DNA of 55,894 nucleotides from a virus (IMGVR_UViG_3300030376_000535:1-55894); one strand, 5' to 3'; counted from the stretch's first letter, positions 40,261-47,949 are shown. Numbers and translations: made by a program. The notes: generated by a model not told the origin, from the letters alone.

Positions 40261-41848
40261 CTTTACTCTCTCCTTTTATCCATAGTCCACTATCATTATC
40301 TAAGACATAACCTGCCTCTTTAGCCTCATCTTTTGAGACTGATTCTGTATCTCCATGTTCATCAACAACATCTGCAAATTCATCATTAGGATACAACTCA
40401 CCATCCCACGATGACCAAAAGTAATCATCAAGATCAGCTGAGGAAATATACTCATCTTCATACTCACAGTAATGTGCACAATCGACATGCCAGTACTCGT
40501 GATCTGAACACATAACAAAGTTAGTACCATCTTCAAGTACCCACTGTGCAACAGTCTCCTCACACCTGCGGTCATGTCTCCAGAAGAAAGCAGTACCTGT
40601 CTCATTCTGGTGTACAGAATCACCTGCCCAATCACAGTAGTAATGCTCCTCATGGTAGCAATCAGGGCAATAGTGTTGATCAGTGTACTCAGAGTAGTAA
40701 TACTCATCCTCTGATACCCCACAGCCACACGACTCACAATGTGTATACGCAGAGCCAAGCACACCATTGTATTGGCTTGCATCAATCTCACCATAGTTGC
40801 TGACCACAAGATATTTACCACACTCAGACTCTTCTAAAGACTGTGGAGCTAGATCAATGTATGGCGCAATGAACCCATCCTCATAATCACGACGAGAAAG
40901 CCTTGCACCTACCCAACAAGATGATCCAAACTTTACTGCACCAATAGTTTCTAGGTGATTGATAATCATATCAATAGCTTGCTCAGATACACCATACACA
41001 GGGCTAGGCTGTGGAAAGCCACTGTCATGTTTCTTGTAGACAACACAGCGTCCTCCAATCAATCCATCCTCATCAGTGACGTAGATAATATCAAAGTCAC
41101 CACTGGCATATGCCTCAGCAGGATGCATCGGTAGATGCTCGAAGTCATACCGCATACAACTGTGAGCTAGATGCTTGCGCCAACAACTTGTGTGAATGTT
41201 CTCAGTCTCTGACTGAACACCTGCATACGCAAGCTTGAAAGACTCAGCATCACTGGCTGTATGTATTGTAAATGTACGAGGCGCAAACCTCTGCAAAAAC
41301 TCATCAGTAAGTTGAATGATAACCTTGTGCTCAAGCTCAGGAAACATCAAGCCGAATGCACGACCAGGTTTCATCGCTACCTCACGACCATCATCACGAT
41401 CTTTGTGTGATTGATAGACTGTAATTTTACCCTTGTATTGTTTAGAACGTCTGGCATTGAATGCACGTAGACGAAAGGTAGGTCTGCAAGTATGGCCTAG
41501 AAAAGGTATCTTTCTCTGCAACCAGTCCTGCAAGTCAATGTCTGCTGCATGAAACATATCAAAAGATTTGTAGTCGCCCCACTCACGAAGCACTGGATCT
41601 ATTTCATCAGGATCTTCACGATACTGTTTCTTGACGACAAAACCATACTTAGTTGGTTCAACGACATAGACAAACTTACCGTTAGCCAGTTGCACATTAC
41701 CTGCGAATGGAACTTTAGGATCATCAGCTCGCCACTCCACATTGTCGAACAGGTGCGGTTGGTATGCAACCAGTCCGTCAAATATATCATCGCCGTAATG
41801 ATTCTTGATTTCATTACCATCTACAGGAACAAGAGTATAATTAGCCAT
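40253..41848 (-). CDS. Early protein with HSCMR domain and Cys/His-rich acidic C-terminal repeats (start probably 41848)
   Basis: GGAGGT RBS before MANYTL; CxxC and YCEY/YCDW repeats. Confidence 0.7.
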   Translation of the reverse strand: MANYTLVPVDGNEIKNHYGDDIFDGLVAYQPHLFDNVEWRADDPKVPFAGNVQLANGKFVYVVEPTKYGFVVKKQYREDPDEIDPVLREWGDYKSFDMFHAADIDLQDWLQRKIPFLGHTCRPTFRLRAFNARRSKQYKGKITVYQSHKDRDDGREVAMKPGRAFGLMFPELEHKVIIQLTDEFLQRFAPRTFTIHTASDAESFKLAYAGVQSETENIHTSCWRKHLAHSCMRYDFEHLPMHPAEAYASGDFDIIYVTDEDGLIGGRCVVYKKHDSGFPQPSPVYGVSEQAIDMIINHLETIGAVKFGSSCWVGARLSRRDYEDGFIAPYIDLAPQSLEESECGKYLVVSNYGEIDASQYNGVLGSAYTHCESCGCGVSEDEYYYSEYTDQHYCPDCYHEEHYYCDWAGDSVHQNETGTAFFWRHDRRCEETVAQWVLEDGTNFVMCSDHEYWHVDCAHYCEYEDEYISSADLDDYFWSSWDGELYPNDEFADVVDEHGDTESVSKDEAKEAGYVLDNDSGLWIKGESKDA

Positions 41849-41849
41849 A

Positions 41850-42341
41850 TCAATACCTCCATTGTGGCTCCTCACCCCAACGCCAAGTCAAAGTGATATT
41901 ACGTTCTTTCCAACGATCATTCATGTACATACGATACGCTTGATGCACATCATCAACATCTGAATAATCAACTCCACGTTCTAAGTTTCTAGCACAGTTA
42001 GCAAACTCTGTCAACTCCTCATTTGGAAATTCACCATTGTCTACATACTGTTGAAACAAAGGAATAAGTCGGGCAGACTTGTGTGCGCCAGACTTCTGAT
42101 TGAATAGCCAACTCATGTGACTGAGCAGCCACTTGAAGTTAGCACGAGATCGCCTTGCCCATTTACTGCATGGGTGATTGATGTACGCCAATTTGTACAC
42201 GGGCAAGGTTGTGTCAGGATCAAGCCAACGTACTGCGGTGGACAACATCTGAGCAGACTCAAGAATCATCTTGTTCTTGCGGACATCATCCAACCACAGT
42301 GCGGATTGCATCGGACACTTGTCGAATGCGAATATATTCAT
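41850..42341 (-). CDS. Pyrimidine-dimer glycosylase (DenV) superfamily protein
   Basis: MNIF...KMILESAQMLST...HPCSKW. Confidence 0.7.
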   Translation of the reverse strand: MNIFAFDKCPMQSALWLDDVRKNKMILESAQMLSTAVRWLDPDTTLPVYKLAYINHPCSKWARRSRANFKWLLSHMSWLFNQKSGAHKSARLIPLFQQYVDNGEFPNEELTEFANCARNLERGVDYSDVDDVHQAYRMYMNDRWKERNITLTWRWGEEPQWRY

Positions 42342-42349
42342 AGCACCTC

Positions 42350-42745
42350 CTAGCTATCAAACCCTCGTAACTTTATCACTGGGGTTTCTGATTGAGTACT
42401 GATTGCATCAGCAATGTCATGCAGTTTGTTTTTCAACCACTGCTTATCCAAATCTGAGTTGGTCAGCCGAGTCTCAAGAGCTATAATACGAGCTTTCAAG
42501 TCACCATTTTCTTGCTTGGCAATCATGAAGTCTTTCGACTTACGCTTCTGCACAGTAGGTTGCAACTCCTCAGTATACAAATTGTAATTGAAGAATTTGT
42601 TACGATACCCAAGAGCATTACGCCATCTGTGTAAACTCTTTCTAGTAATACCATACTTGGCAATGGTTTGATCGCCAGTATGATTGTCGTAATACTTGCA
42701 AACCTCATGTTTGAACTCAATCGGAAATCTTGCACGTTTGTCCAT
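42350..42745 (-). CDS. HTH DNA-binding protein with coiled coil
   Basis: FPIEFK...TIAKYGITRKSLHRW. Confidence 0.65.
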   Translation of the reverse strand: MDKRARFPIEFKHEVCKYYDNHTGDQTIAKYGITRKSLHRWRNALGYRNKFFNYNLYTEELQPTVQKRKSKDFMIAKQENGDLKARIIALETRLTNSDLDKQWLKNKLHDIADAISTQSETPVIKLRGFDS

Positions 42746-42750
42746 GATAC

Positions 42751-42876
42751 TTACTCCTCTACACGAACGTTGATTATACCCTGCTTACGCAGAGCGTTGA
42801 CAGTACCATCAACCGCACCATGCGGAAGGGTACATACTAATATGTCATCGACATATAACTTGACAGGCCTATACAT
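42751..42876 (-). CDS. 41-aa early protein not in the ORF track
   Basis: MYRPVKLYVDDILV...; overlaps previous stop. Confidence 0.5.
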   Translation of the reverse strand: MYRPVKLYVDDILVCTLPHGAVDGTVNALRKQGIINVRVEE

Positions 42877-43084
42877 CTCTCACCATACGCCTGACTGTTT
42901 TCTCTACTAACTTTACCACGCCATTTGGTAGATGCAACTCAAGCTCCATCTTGTAGCGTCCAAAGTCAATATCACGATTCATCATACGACATACAATGTC
43001 GTTAAGGCAAACGCCAGATTCATCATTTACCATCACATGAGAATGATCTTCTTTCTCATACCATCCAGTAAGCAATACACTCAT
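42869..43084 (-). CDS. Hypothetical early protein
   Basis: ATGA coupling. Confidence 0.6.
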   Translation of the reverse strand: MSVLLTGWYEKEDHSHVMVNDESGVCLNDIVCRMMNRDIDFGRYKMELELHLPNGVVKLVEKTVRRMVRDV

Positions 43085-43197
43085 TTCATTAATCCTTCAC
43101 AAATTCTGCGGTCAGTGGATATAATAACGATCTTACCATCATCATCATACAGTATCCATCTTTTACCACGTTGCACCAATTTCATTATGTCCATCAT
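43081..43197 (-). CDS. 38-aa early protein not in the ORF track
   Basis: GAGGAGG RBS; MMDIMKLVQRGKRWILYDDDGKIVII. Confidence 0.55.
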   Translation of the reverse strand: MMDIMKLVQRGKRWILYDDDGKIVIISTDRRICEGLMK

Positions 43198-43553
43198 ACC
43201 TCCTCTACATAAACGTGTGGCCTGTTGTTTTCATCCAATACTAAGATGGCATACTTTGCCTCATGTATTGGTTCATGGGTGTCCACATCGTAAAAATAAC
43301 CGTACTTGTACGGATCATACTTAACTCTTTTTAATCCGTCAACATCTGGTTTTGCATCCAGAGTTTTCATCTCACCTTTTAAAAAGGCATGGACATTCTT
43401 TTGCTTATCTCTAAGCACAGCTGCCCTACCACCTGCTCGCACTACAAAAATTGGTCTTTCAACTTTCACAGCTTTTGCATATGATACAGGTACACTCTTT
43501 GCACGGATAGAGTATATCCGTTTATTAATGTTGTAGTAAATTTCTCTGATCAC
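43194..43553 (-). CDS. Conserved-looking phage early protein (GTG start 43553)
   Basis: GGAGGT RBS; KNVHAF and YDPYK motifs. Confidence 0.7.
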   Translation of the reverse strand: MIREIYYNINKRIYSIRAKSVPVSYAKAVKVERPIFVVRAGGRAAVLRDKQKNVHAFLKGEMKTLDAKPDVDGLKRVKYDPYKYGYFYDVDTHEPIHEAKYAILVLDENNRPHVYVEEV

Positions 43554-43660
43554 GTTACTACACCTCCTAGCATATAACCCCATGTAAACATAAGTACACA
43601 CGAAAGTAAATACCCACCAAACACAACCCTGTCATGCTTACGTCTTTGTTTTCTAGTCAT
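43550..43660 (-). CDS. 36-aa membrane peptide not in the ORF track
   Basis: GAGGAGGT RBS; MTRKQRRKHDR then TM helix. Confidence 0.55.
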   Translation of the reverse strand: MTRKQRRKHDRVVFGGYLLSCVLMFTWGYMLGGVVT

Positions 43661-43690
43661 CTTACACCTCCTCATTATTTGGGCATAGGA

Positions 43691-43718
43691 AAGCACCCCA
43701 TGTAATCACAGGGTGCTT
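43691..43718 (-). terminator. Hairpin after first early gene (terminator or processing site)
   Basis: AAGCACCC/GGGTGCTT stem. Confidence 0.5.
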
Positions 43719-43727
43719 ACGCAATAC

Positions 43728-44222
43728 TCACGCAATGATAGCTTTGAGTGCTTTGATCTTGTCCGCATCGACAACATCACCATCTTGCAAACCATCTTGA
43801 CGCCGTTTGTCTGCACGTGCAACCAGTGCAGCAATCATGTCGTCAAGGTTCATGGGTTTGTACTCAGGTTCTTTCTTGAACTCCCAAAACGGCGTAGCAC
43901 ACGCAGCCTTAGCATCATCAAGAGCAATCTTGGTACGCTTGGCATGATAAGCGAAGCACGAATTGTCAGCATCCCACACGAATGTGGCGAAAGCCTCAAC
44001 CCACGCTTTGAAGGCATTAGCACGAGCCATACTAGGTATAGCTTCAAGCAATGCGTTCATCTGGCGAACAGCAACAGACACGTCACTGCTCTCATGCCAA
44101 CGACGAACGATAGAACAAGCGGTGCGGTGTATGTCATTCTGAATAGACTTACCACGCTTACCGATTGAAACAATCATGTCGTCAATCTTTGCATCAGTTT
44201 TGATAAGAGAAATATTAGCCAT
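43728..44222 (-). CDS. First early gene, helical protein of unknown function
   Basis: GGAGGT RBS before ATG 44222. Confidence 0.75.
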   Translation of the reverse strand: MANISLIKTDAKIDDMIVSIGKRGKSIQNDIHRTACSIVRRWHESSDVSVAVRQMNALLEAIPSMARANAFKAWVEAFATFVWDADNSCFAYHAKRTKIALDDAKAACATPFWEFKKEPEYKPMNLDDMIAALVARADKRRQDGLQDGDVVDADKIKALKAIIA

Positions 44223-44237
44223 GTAAACCTCCAACGA

Positions 44238-44709
44238 TATAGCCTAACACCATGCACTCACCATGAATGCACAGTGCGAGCTATACCGTAGGCCACACAC
44301 AAACCACAGTGTATGCGGCCTATGGGTTTACTCACACGCAATGGGTGCAGGTCTCAGCTTTTATCCCATTGCATTTATGAAACTCAGAGAATTGGCGGCA
44401 TGTGGGTTGACAGGCATCGCATAGCATCGCTGGCAATTTTCAGCTGACGCACTAGCATTGATGCAAACGCACCACAATAACCAAAACTCGCAAGCCTTAC
44501 CGTCACCCCTAGAACGCACCAAGAATTAGGCACACGCTAGGACTTACAGCACTATCTTATTGGGCAGCACCACACCACCACCGATAAGGCATTGAGCCAC
44601 TCTCGAAAGAGTGTACTATAGGCGTTGGATGGTCTAGACGCACTCCCCCAATCCATCACAGACGGGATACAATCTATAGTCCAACTATGGTCAAATCTGA
44701 GTTTTGACT
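44238..44709 (-). ncRNA. Candidate hairpin-rich early leader or ncRNA
   Basis: About nine consecutive stem-loops; no ORF of 60 aa or more. Confidence 0.4.
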
Positions 44710-44776
44710 AACTCGATATTTGATGAACCTAGAATAACGAATAGAACCAAGAATAAAACAAAAAAGAATTGTTTAA

Positions 44777-44789
44777 AATCAATAGGTTA
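44777..44789 (+). promoter_or_regulatory. IHF site
   Basis: AATCAATAGGTTA matches WATCAANNNNTTR, with upstream A-tract. Confidence 0.6.
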
Positions 44790-44829
44790 TAAAATAGTTT
44801 ATATTCAACAAAATGAATATGACCACCAA

Positions 44830-44884
44830 GTTCTGGCGATGTTCTCATTCTGTTCTATGTTAGTGATTCGTTCCTGATTCGTTC
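44830..44884 (+). promoter_or_regulatory. Alphaproteobacterial LexA (SOS) boxes
   Basis: GTTC-N7-GTTC-N7-GTTC (44830-44855) and GTTC-N7-GTTC (44870-44884). Confidence 0.65.
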
Positions 44885-44963
44885 TCTTATTATATATAAT
44901 GTGTATCTGATTTAGGGGGGTATATTCTAGAATATGAATATTTGAATATGTTGTGCATCCTAG

Positions 44964-44980
44964 TTGCGAATGATTCGCAA
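44964..44980. promoter_or_regulatory. Fur/Mur-family-like box
   Basis: Perfect 8-1-8 palindrome TTGCGAAT-G-ATTCGCAA. Confidence 0.5.
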
Positions 44981-44988
44981 TATCAATA

Positions 44989-45013
44989 ATACCTTACTCT
45001 TTTAGTAGGATAT
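44989..45013. promoter_or_regulatory. IscR/Rrf2-type box
   Basis: ATACCTTACTCTTTTAGTAGGATAT, 21/25 match to ATASYYGACTRWWWYAGTCRRSTAT. Confidence 0.5.
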
Positions 45014-45240
45014 AATGTATTAGATAATGTTATATTGTATAAAATATATAATAAAAACAATAGTTTAGCCCTAGAAAACCCTGTCATATTCAAACATTCG
45101 AATACTTGAATGTGTTGCTAGGGGTAGGCATGGGGCATACGGGGGGTGTACGTTGCGTATATATGCTCAATGACAGAGATGGGGTTTTTTAAGTCTGTTA
45201 ACCACATGCTATATTAGGTCATACATGCTGACATATCTGT

Positions 45241-45256
45241 ATGTTATACTATAACA
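45241..45256. promoter_or_regulatory. Zur-like box
   Basis: ATGTTATA-C-TATAACA. Confidence 0.55.
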
Positions 45257-45290
45257 CCCCTATTTCATTAGATAATAGCAGTAATAGGTA

Positions 45291-45318
45291 AGACATTATG
45301 ACCTATATTATGTAAATC
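45291..45318 (+). other. dif-like (XerCD) site
   Basis: AGACATTATGA-CCTATA-TTATGTAAATC. Confidence 0.35.
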
Positions 45319-45498
45319 TTGTAGGAAGCCCCAGGAATTACGTTATCTTTGTCCTGGACGTAGGGTACTAGGGGAGTCTATTGCGTTATTCTGGGGGCAT
45401 CTCTGGGGTTCCTGGATGTATTTCGTGGTGTTATCCTAAATATACGACAAAACAGCCAGACTTTACCGATATTTTTAAAAAATATTTTGTCGTACCCC

Positions 45499-45528
45499 TT
45501 GACAGCGGGGCGTAATGTGATATATAAT
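45499..45528 (+). promoter_or_regulatory. sigma70 promoter, late arm
   Basis: TTGACA-N18-TATAAT. Confidence 0.65.
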
Positions 45529-45673
45529 ATACTTAATGTATTACATTACGCTTAACTCTAACTTTATTATTACTTTAATATATAGTAATATTAATACTTA
45601 TAGTAATACTTAAAGTAATACTTCTAGTACGTACACTCGCTCAAACTTTTTTCTGTCGTATCAAGAAAAAGTG

Positions 45674-45703
45674 TTGACCTTAGTGGACAAAAAGGTATAA
45701 CTA
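45674..45703 (+). promoter_or_regulatory. sigma70-type promoter
   Basis: TTGACC-N16-TATAACTA. Confidence 0.55.
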
Positions 45704-45706
45704 AGG

Positions 45707-45961
45707 ATGTCCAAATCAAAACTGTACTCTTCAGACAAAGTGATAGAAGAGTTCTACAAAGCTTTAGCCGACAAAAACGAATCAAAGGTACGTAGGGTAC
45801 ACATACCACGTTCAGATGTATTCTATATACGAGAAAAAATTCACCAAGATACTGGCATACGATATTCACTCGACAGAGTAGAGCGAGCTATGTATCTTGA
45901 AGGACATCTCAGCAGATACGATGTCTTAGATCCTGACAGAAAAAGGAAGTGGGAAGAATGA
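45707..45961 (+). CDS. Hypothetical protein
   Basis: First ORF of the late arm. Confidence 0.7.
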   Translation: MSKSKLYSSDKVIEEFYKALADKNESKVRRVHIPRSDVFYIREKIHQDTGIRYSLDRVERAMYLEGHLSRYDVLDPDRKRKWEE

Positions 45962-46161
45962 CAGTAGCAATGGAAAGAGTCTTACAGTGGAAGATCATGC
46001 CACGTCTAATGATGTTGGTAATGACTGGTATGTATATACGAGTTATTGAATGGGGAATGTCACTGCCTGATCTGTCTACACAACAAAGCGCTATGATTTC
46101 AGTAGTCAGTGGTGCAATGACAGGTGCATTTGCAGTTTGGTTAGGAAGTGAGAAGAAATGA
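45958..46161 (+). CDS. Two-TM holin-like protein
   Basis: Two hydrophobic helices, upstream of endolysin. Confidence 0.55.
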   Translation: MTVAMERVLQWKIMPRLMMLVMTGMYIRVIEWGMSLPDLSTQQSAMISVVSGAMTGAFAVWLGSEKK

Positions 46162-46541
46162 TACAGGCCTTAATAGGACCAATAACAAGTTTAGCAGGTA
46201 CATGGTTAAATGGAAAAGTTGAAACAAAAGCTGCAGAGACTAAAGCAAAAGTTGCCAAAGCTGAAGCTGAAGCGCAGATTATGCTGTCTCGTGCAACCAG
46301 TGAGGCAGACTGGGAAAAGATTATGGCACAAGGTTCGCAGTCTTCGTGGAAAGACGAATGGCTAACAATCTTGTTTAGTATCCCACTAGTACTTGTATTT
46401 ACAGGTGACTGGGGTAGAGAAATAGTTGCGAATGGTTTTACCGCATTGGAAACCATGCCGCAGTGGTATCAGTATACACTTGGAGTAATCGTAGCTGCAA
46501 GCTTTGGCGTAAGGTCAGCTACAAAGTTTTTTGGAAAGTAA
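46158..46541 (+). CDS. Putative holin
   Basis: SWKDEW, multiple TMs, adjacent to endolysin. Confidence 0.6.
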   Translation: MIQALIGPITSLAGTWLNGKVETKAAETKAKVAKAEAEAQIMLSRATSEADWEKIMAQGSQSSWKDEWLTILFSIPLVLVFTGDWGREIVANGFTALETMPQWYQYTLGVIVAASFGVRSATKFFGK

Positions 46542-46543
46542 AC

Positions 46544-47011
46544 ATGGCATTTAAATTATCAAATAGATCACTGGGTAAACTAGAAGGTGTACACCCAGAT
46601 ATGGTGAATACAGTTAAACGTGCTATTGAACTTACGAAGGTAGACTTCGGAGTTACATATGGCGTAAGAACTTTGGAAGAGCAGGAGAAGCTGTACAAGG
46701 CTGGACGTTCTCAAACCATGAAGTCTAAACACCTTATTCAAGACTCAGGATATTCTCATGCAGTAGACCTAGTAGCTTACGATGGATCTAACGTAGTATG
46801 GGAATTGAATGTCTATGATGATATATGCGATGCGATGGCAGAAGCTGCCAAAGAGGTTGGCGCTGCAATTAAGTGGGGTGCGGCGTGGAGCGAAGGAGAT
46901 ATTCGCTCGTATGAAGGTACTGCAGAGGATGCGATGAATGCATACGTAGATCTTCGTCGTAGCCAAGGCCGTAGGCCGTTTATTGACGGACCACACTTCG
47001 AATTGATTTGA
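46544..47011 (+). CDS. Endolysin, M15-family peptidase (start reassigned to ATG 46544)
   Basis: LEGVHPD, GVRT, SKHL, HAVD, DGPHFEL. Confidence 0.88.
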   Translation: MAFKLSNRSLGKLEGVHPDMVNTVKRAIELTKVDFGVTYGVRTLEEQEKLYKAGRSQTMKSKHLIQDSGYSHAVDLVAYDGSNVVWELNVYDDICDAMAEAAKEVGAAIKWGAAWSEGDIRSYEGTAEDAMNAYVDLRRSQGRRPFIDGPHFELI

Positions 47012-47036
47012 CGGTGTAAATATTTTCTGATATAAT
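47008..47036 (+). promoter_or_regulatory. sigma70 promoter
   Basis: TTGACG-N17-TATAAT with TG extension. Confidence 0.75.
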
Positions 47037-47102
47037 ATATTTGCAGTAAAGTTGGGGTAAACAGAGAACCGTCCTTGTTCCCCTAACAGATTAGGATACA
47101 AA

Positions 47103-47387
47103 ATGGCAACAACTAAGGACGTGGAAAGACTACCAAGCGGTAAACTCAAATACCGTGGCGAAACCTTTCCAGGATATAATAAACCTAAGAAAACCCCAGG
47201 CGAGAATAAGAAGTCTGCGGTGTTGGCTAAGAAAGGCGACCAAGTAAAGATTGTCCGTTTTGGTGATCCTAAGATGTCTATCAAAAAAGATCAACCAGCT
47301 AGACGTAAAAGTTTTCGTGCAAGACACAATTGCGATACGGCAACTGACAAATTTACAGCAAGGTACTGGTCGTGTAAGGCTTGGTAA
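47103..47387 (+). CDS. Small basic protein (DUF6321-like)
   Basis: VRFGD...RRKSFRARHNC...ARYWSCKAW. Confidence 0.65.
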   Translation: MATTKDVERLPSGKLKYRGETFPGYNKPKKTPGENKKSAVLAKKGDQVKIVRFGDPKMSIKKDQPARRKSFRARHNCDTATDKFTARYWSCKAW

Positions 47388-47575
47388 TGTGGCTGGCGAT
47401 AGTACTAGCTTGTACTAATCCCTCTGCATTATCCTGTGTAGTTCTTGCAAAAGAAGATGAAATTTTTACAACAAAGCAACAGTGTGAAATAGAAACAAAG
47501 CAAATGGTAACTCTAATGAATAGTAAGGGTATCTTTGCAAAACCTTCCTGCATTAAAGTAGGTACAAATATATAG
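47381..47575 (+). CDS. Small Cys-containing secreted-type protein
   Basis: Hydrophobic N-terminus, 4 Cys. Confidence 0.55.
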   Translation: MVMWLAIVLACTNPSALSCVVLAKEDEIFTTKQQCEIETKQMVTLMNSKGIFAKPSCIKVGTNI

Positions 47576-47585
47576 GATTAAAATT

Positions 47586-47936
47586 ATGAAGACTCTAGTA
47601 TTCGCATCTGCGTTGGCAGTTGCAGCAACATCAGTATCGGCTATGGACTTAGGTAATGGCCTGTCAATCGGATCAGAAGTAGACATGAGCTACGTAACTG
47701 GTGCAGATACATGGGCATTGGAAGCAACACCCTATGCAGCTATCTCACAATATGGCGTTACTCTTAAAGCAGAAACAACTGTAGACGTATTGAAAATTAA
47801 TGAAGATGATGTATTCAAAGGTGTAGACCTTACTGCAGAATACGTCTGGAATAACATGACAACTTACACAGAAGTATCTTCGGATGCAGACTTTGAGTTT
47901 GGTGACATCACTGTTGGTGCGAAGATCAAGTTTTAA
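47586..47936 (+). CDS. Small outer-membrane beta-barrel (porin-like) protein
   Basis: Sec signal ending VSA, amphipathic strands, C-terminal VGAKIKF. Confidence 0.7.
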   Translation: MKTLVFASALAVAATSVSAMDLGNGLSIGSEVDMSYVTGADTWALEATPYAAISQYGVTLKAETTVDVLKINEDDVFKGVDLTAEYVWNNMTTYTEVSSDADFEFGDITVGAKIKF

Positions 47937-47949
47937 TTAGGAGTTCCTA

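Larger units (their letters stand above)
44801..45111. promoter_or_regulatory. Four ATTC-N8-GAAT palindromes (SqrR/ArsR-type boxes)
   Basis: ATTC starts at 44803, 44924, 45088 and 45096. Confidence 0.5.

Noticed and set aside
44238-44709. tRNA or hammerhead ribozyme in the leader
   Set aside because: No cloverleaf with T-loop and no CUGANGA/GAAA core found on either strand
44725-44760. GAAC/GAAT repeats as further LexA boxes
   Set aside because: Spacings are 6 or 8 nt, not 7
45187-45205. CtrA box
   Set aside because: Only a half-site (TTAACCAC); the first half is TTTT
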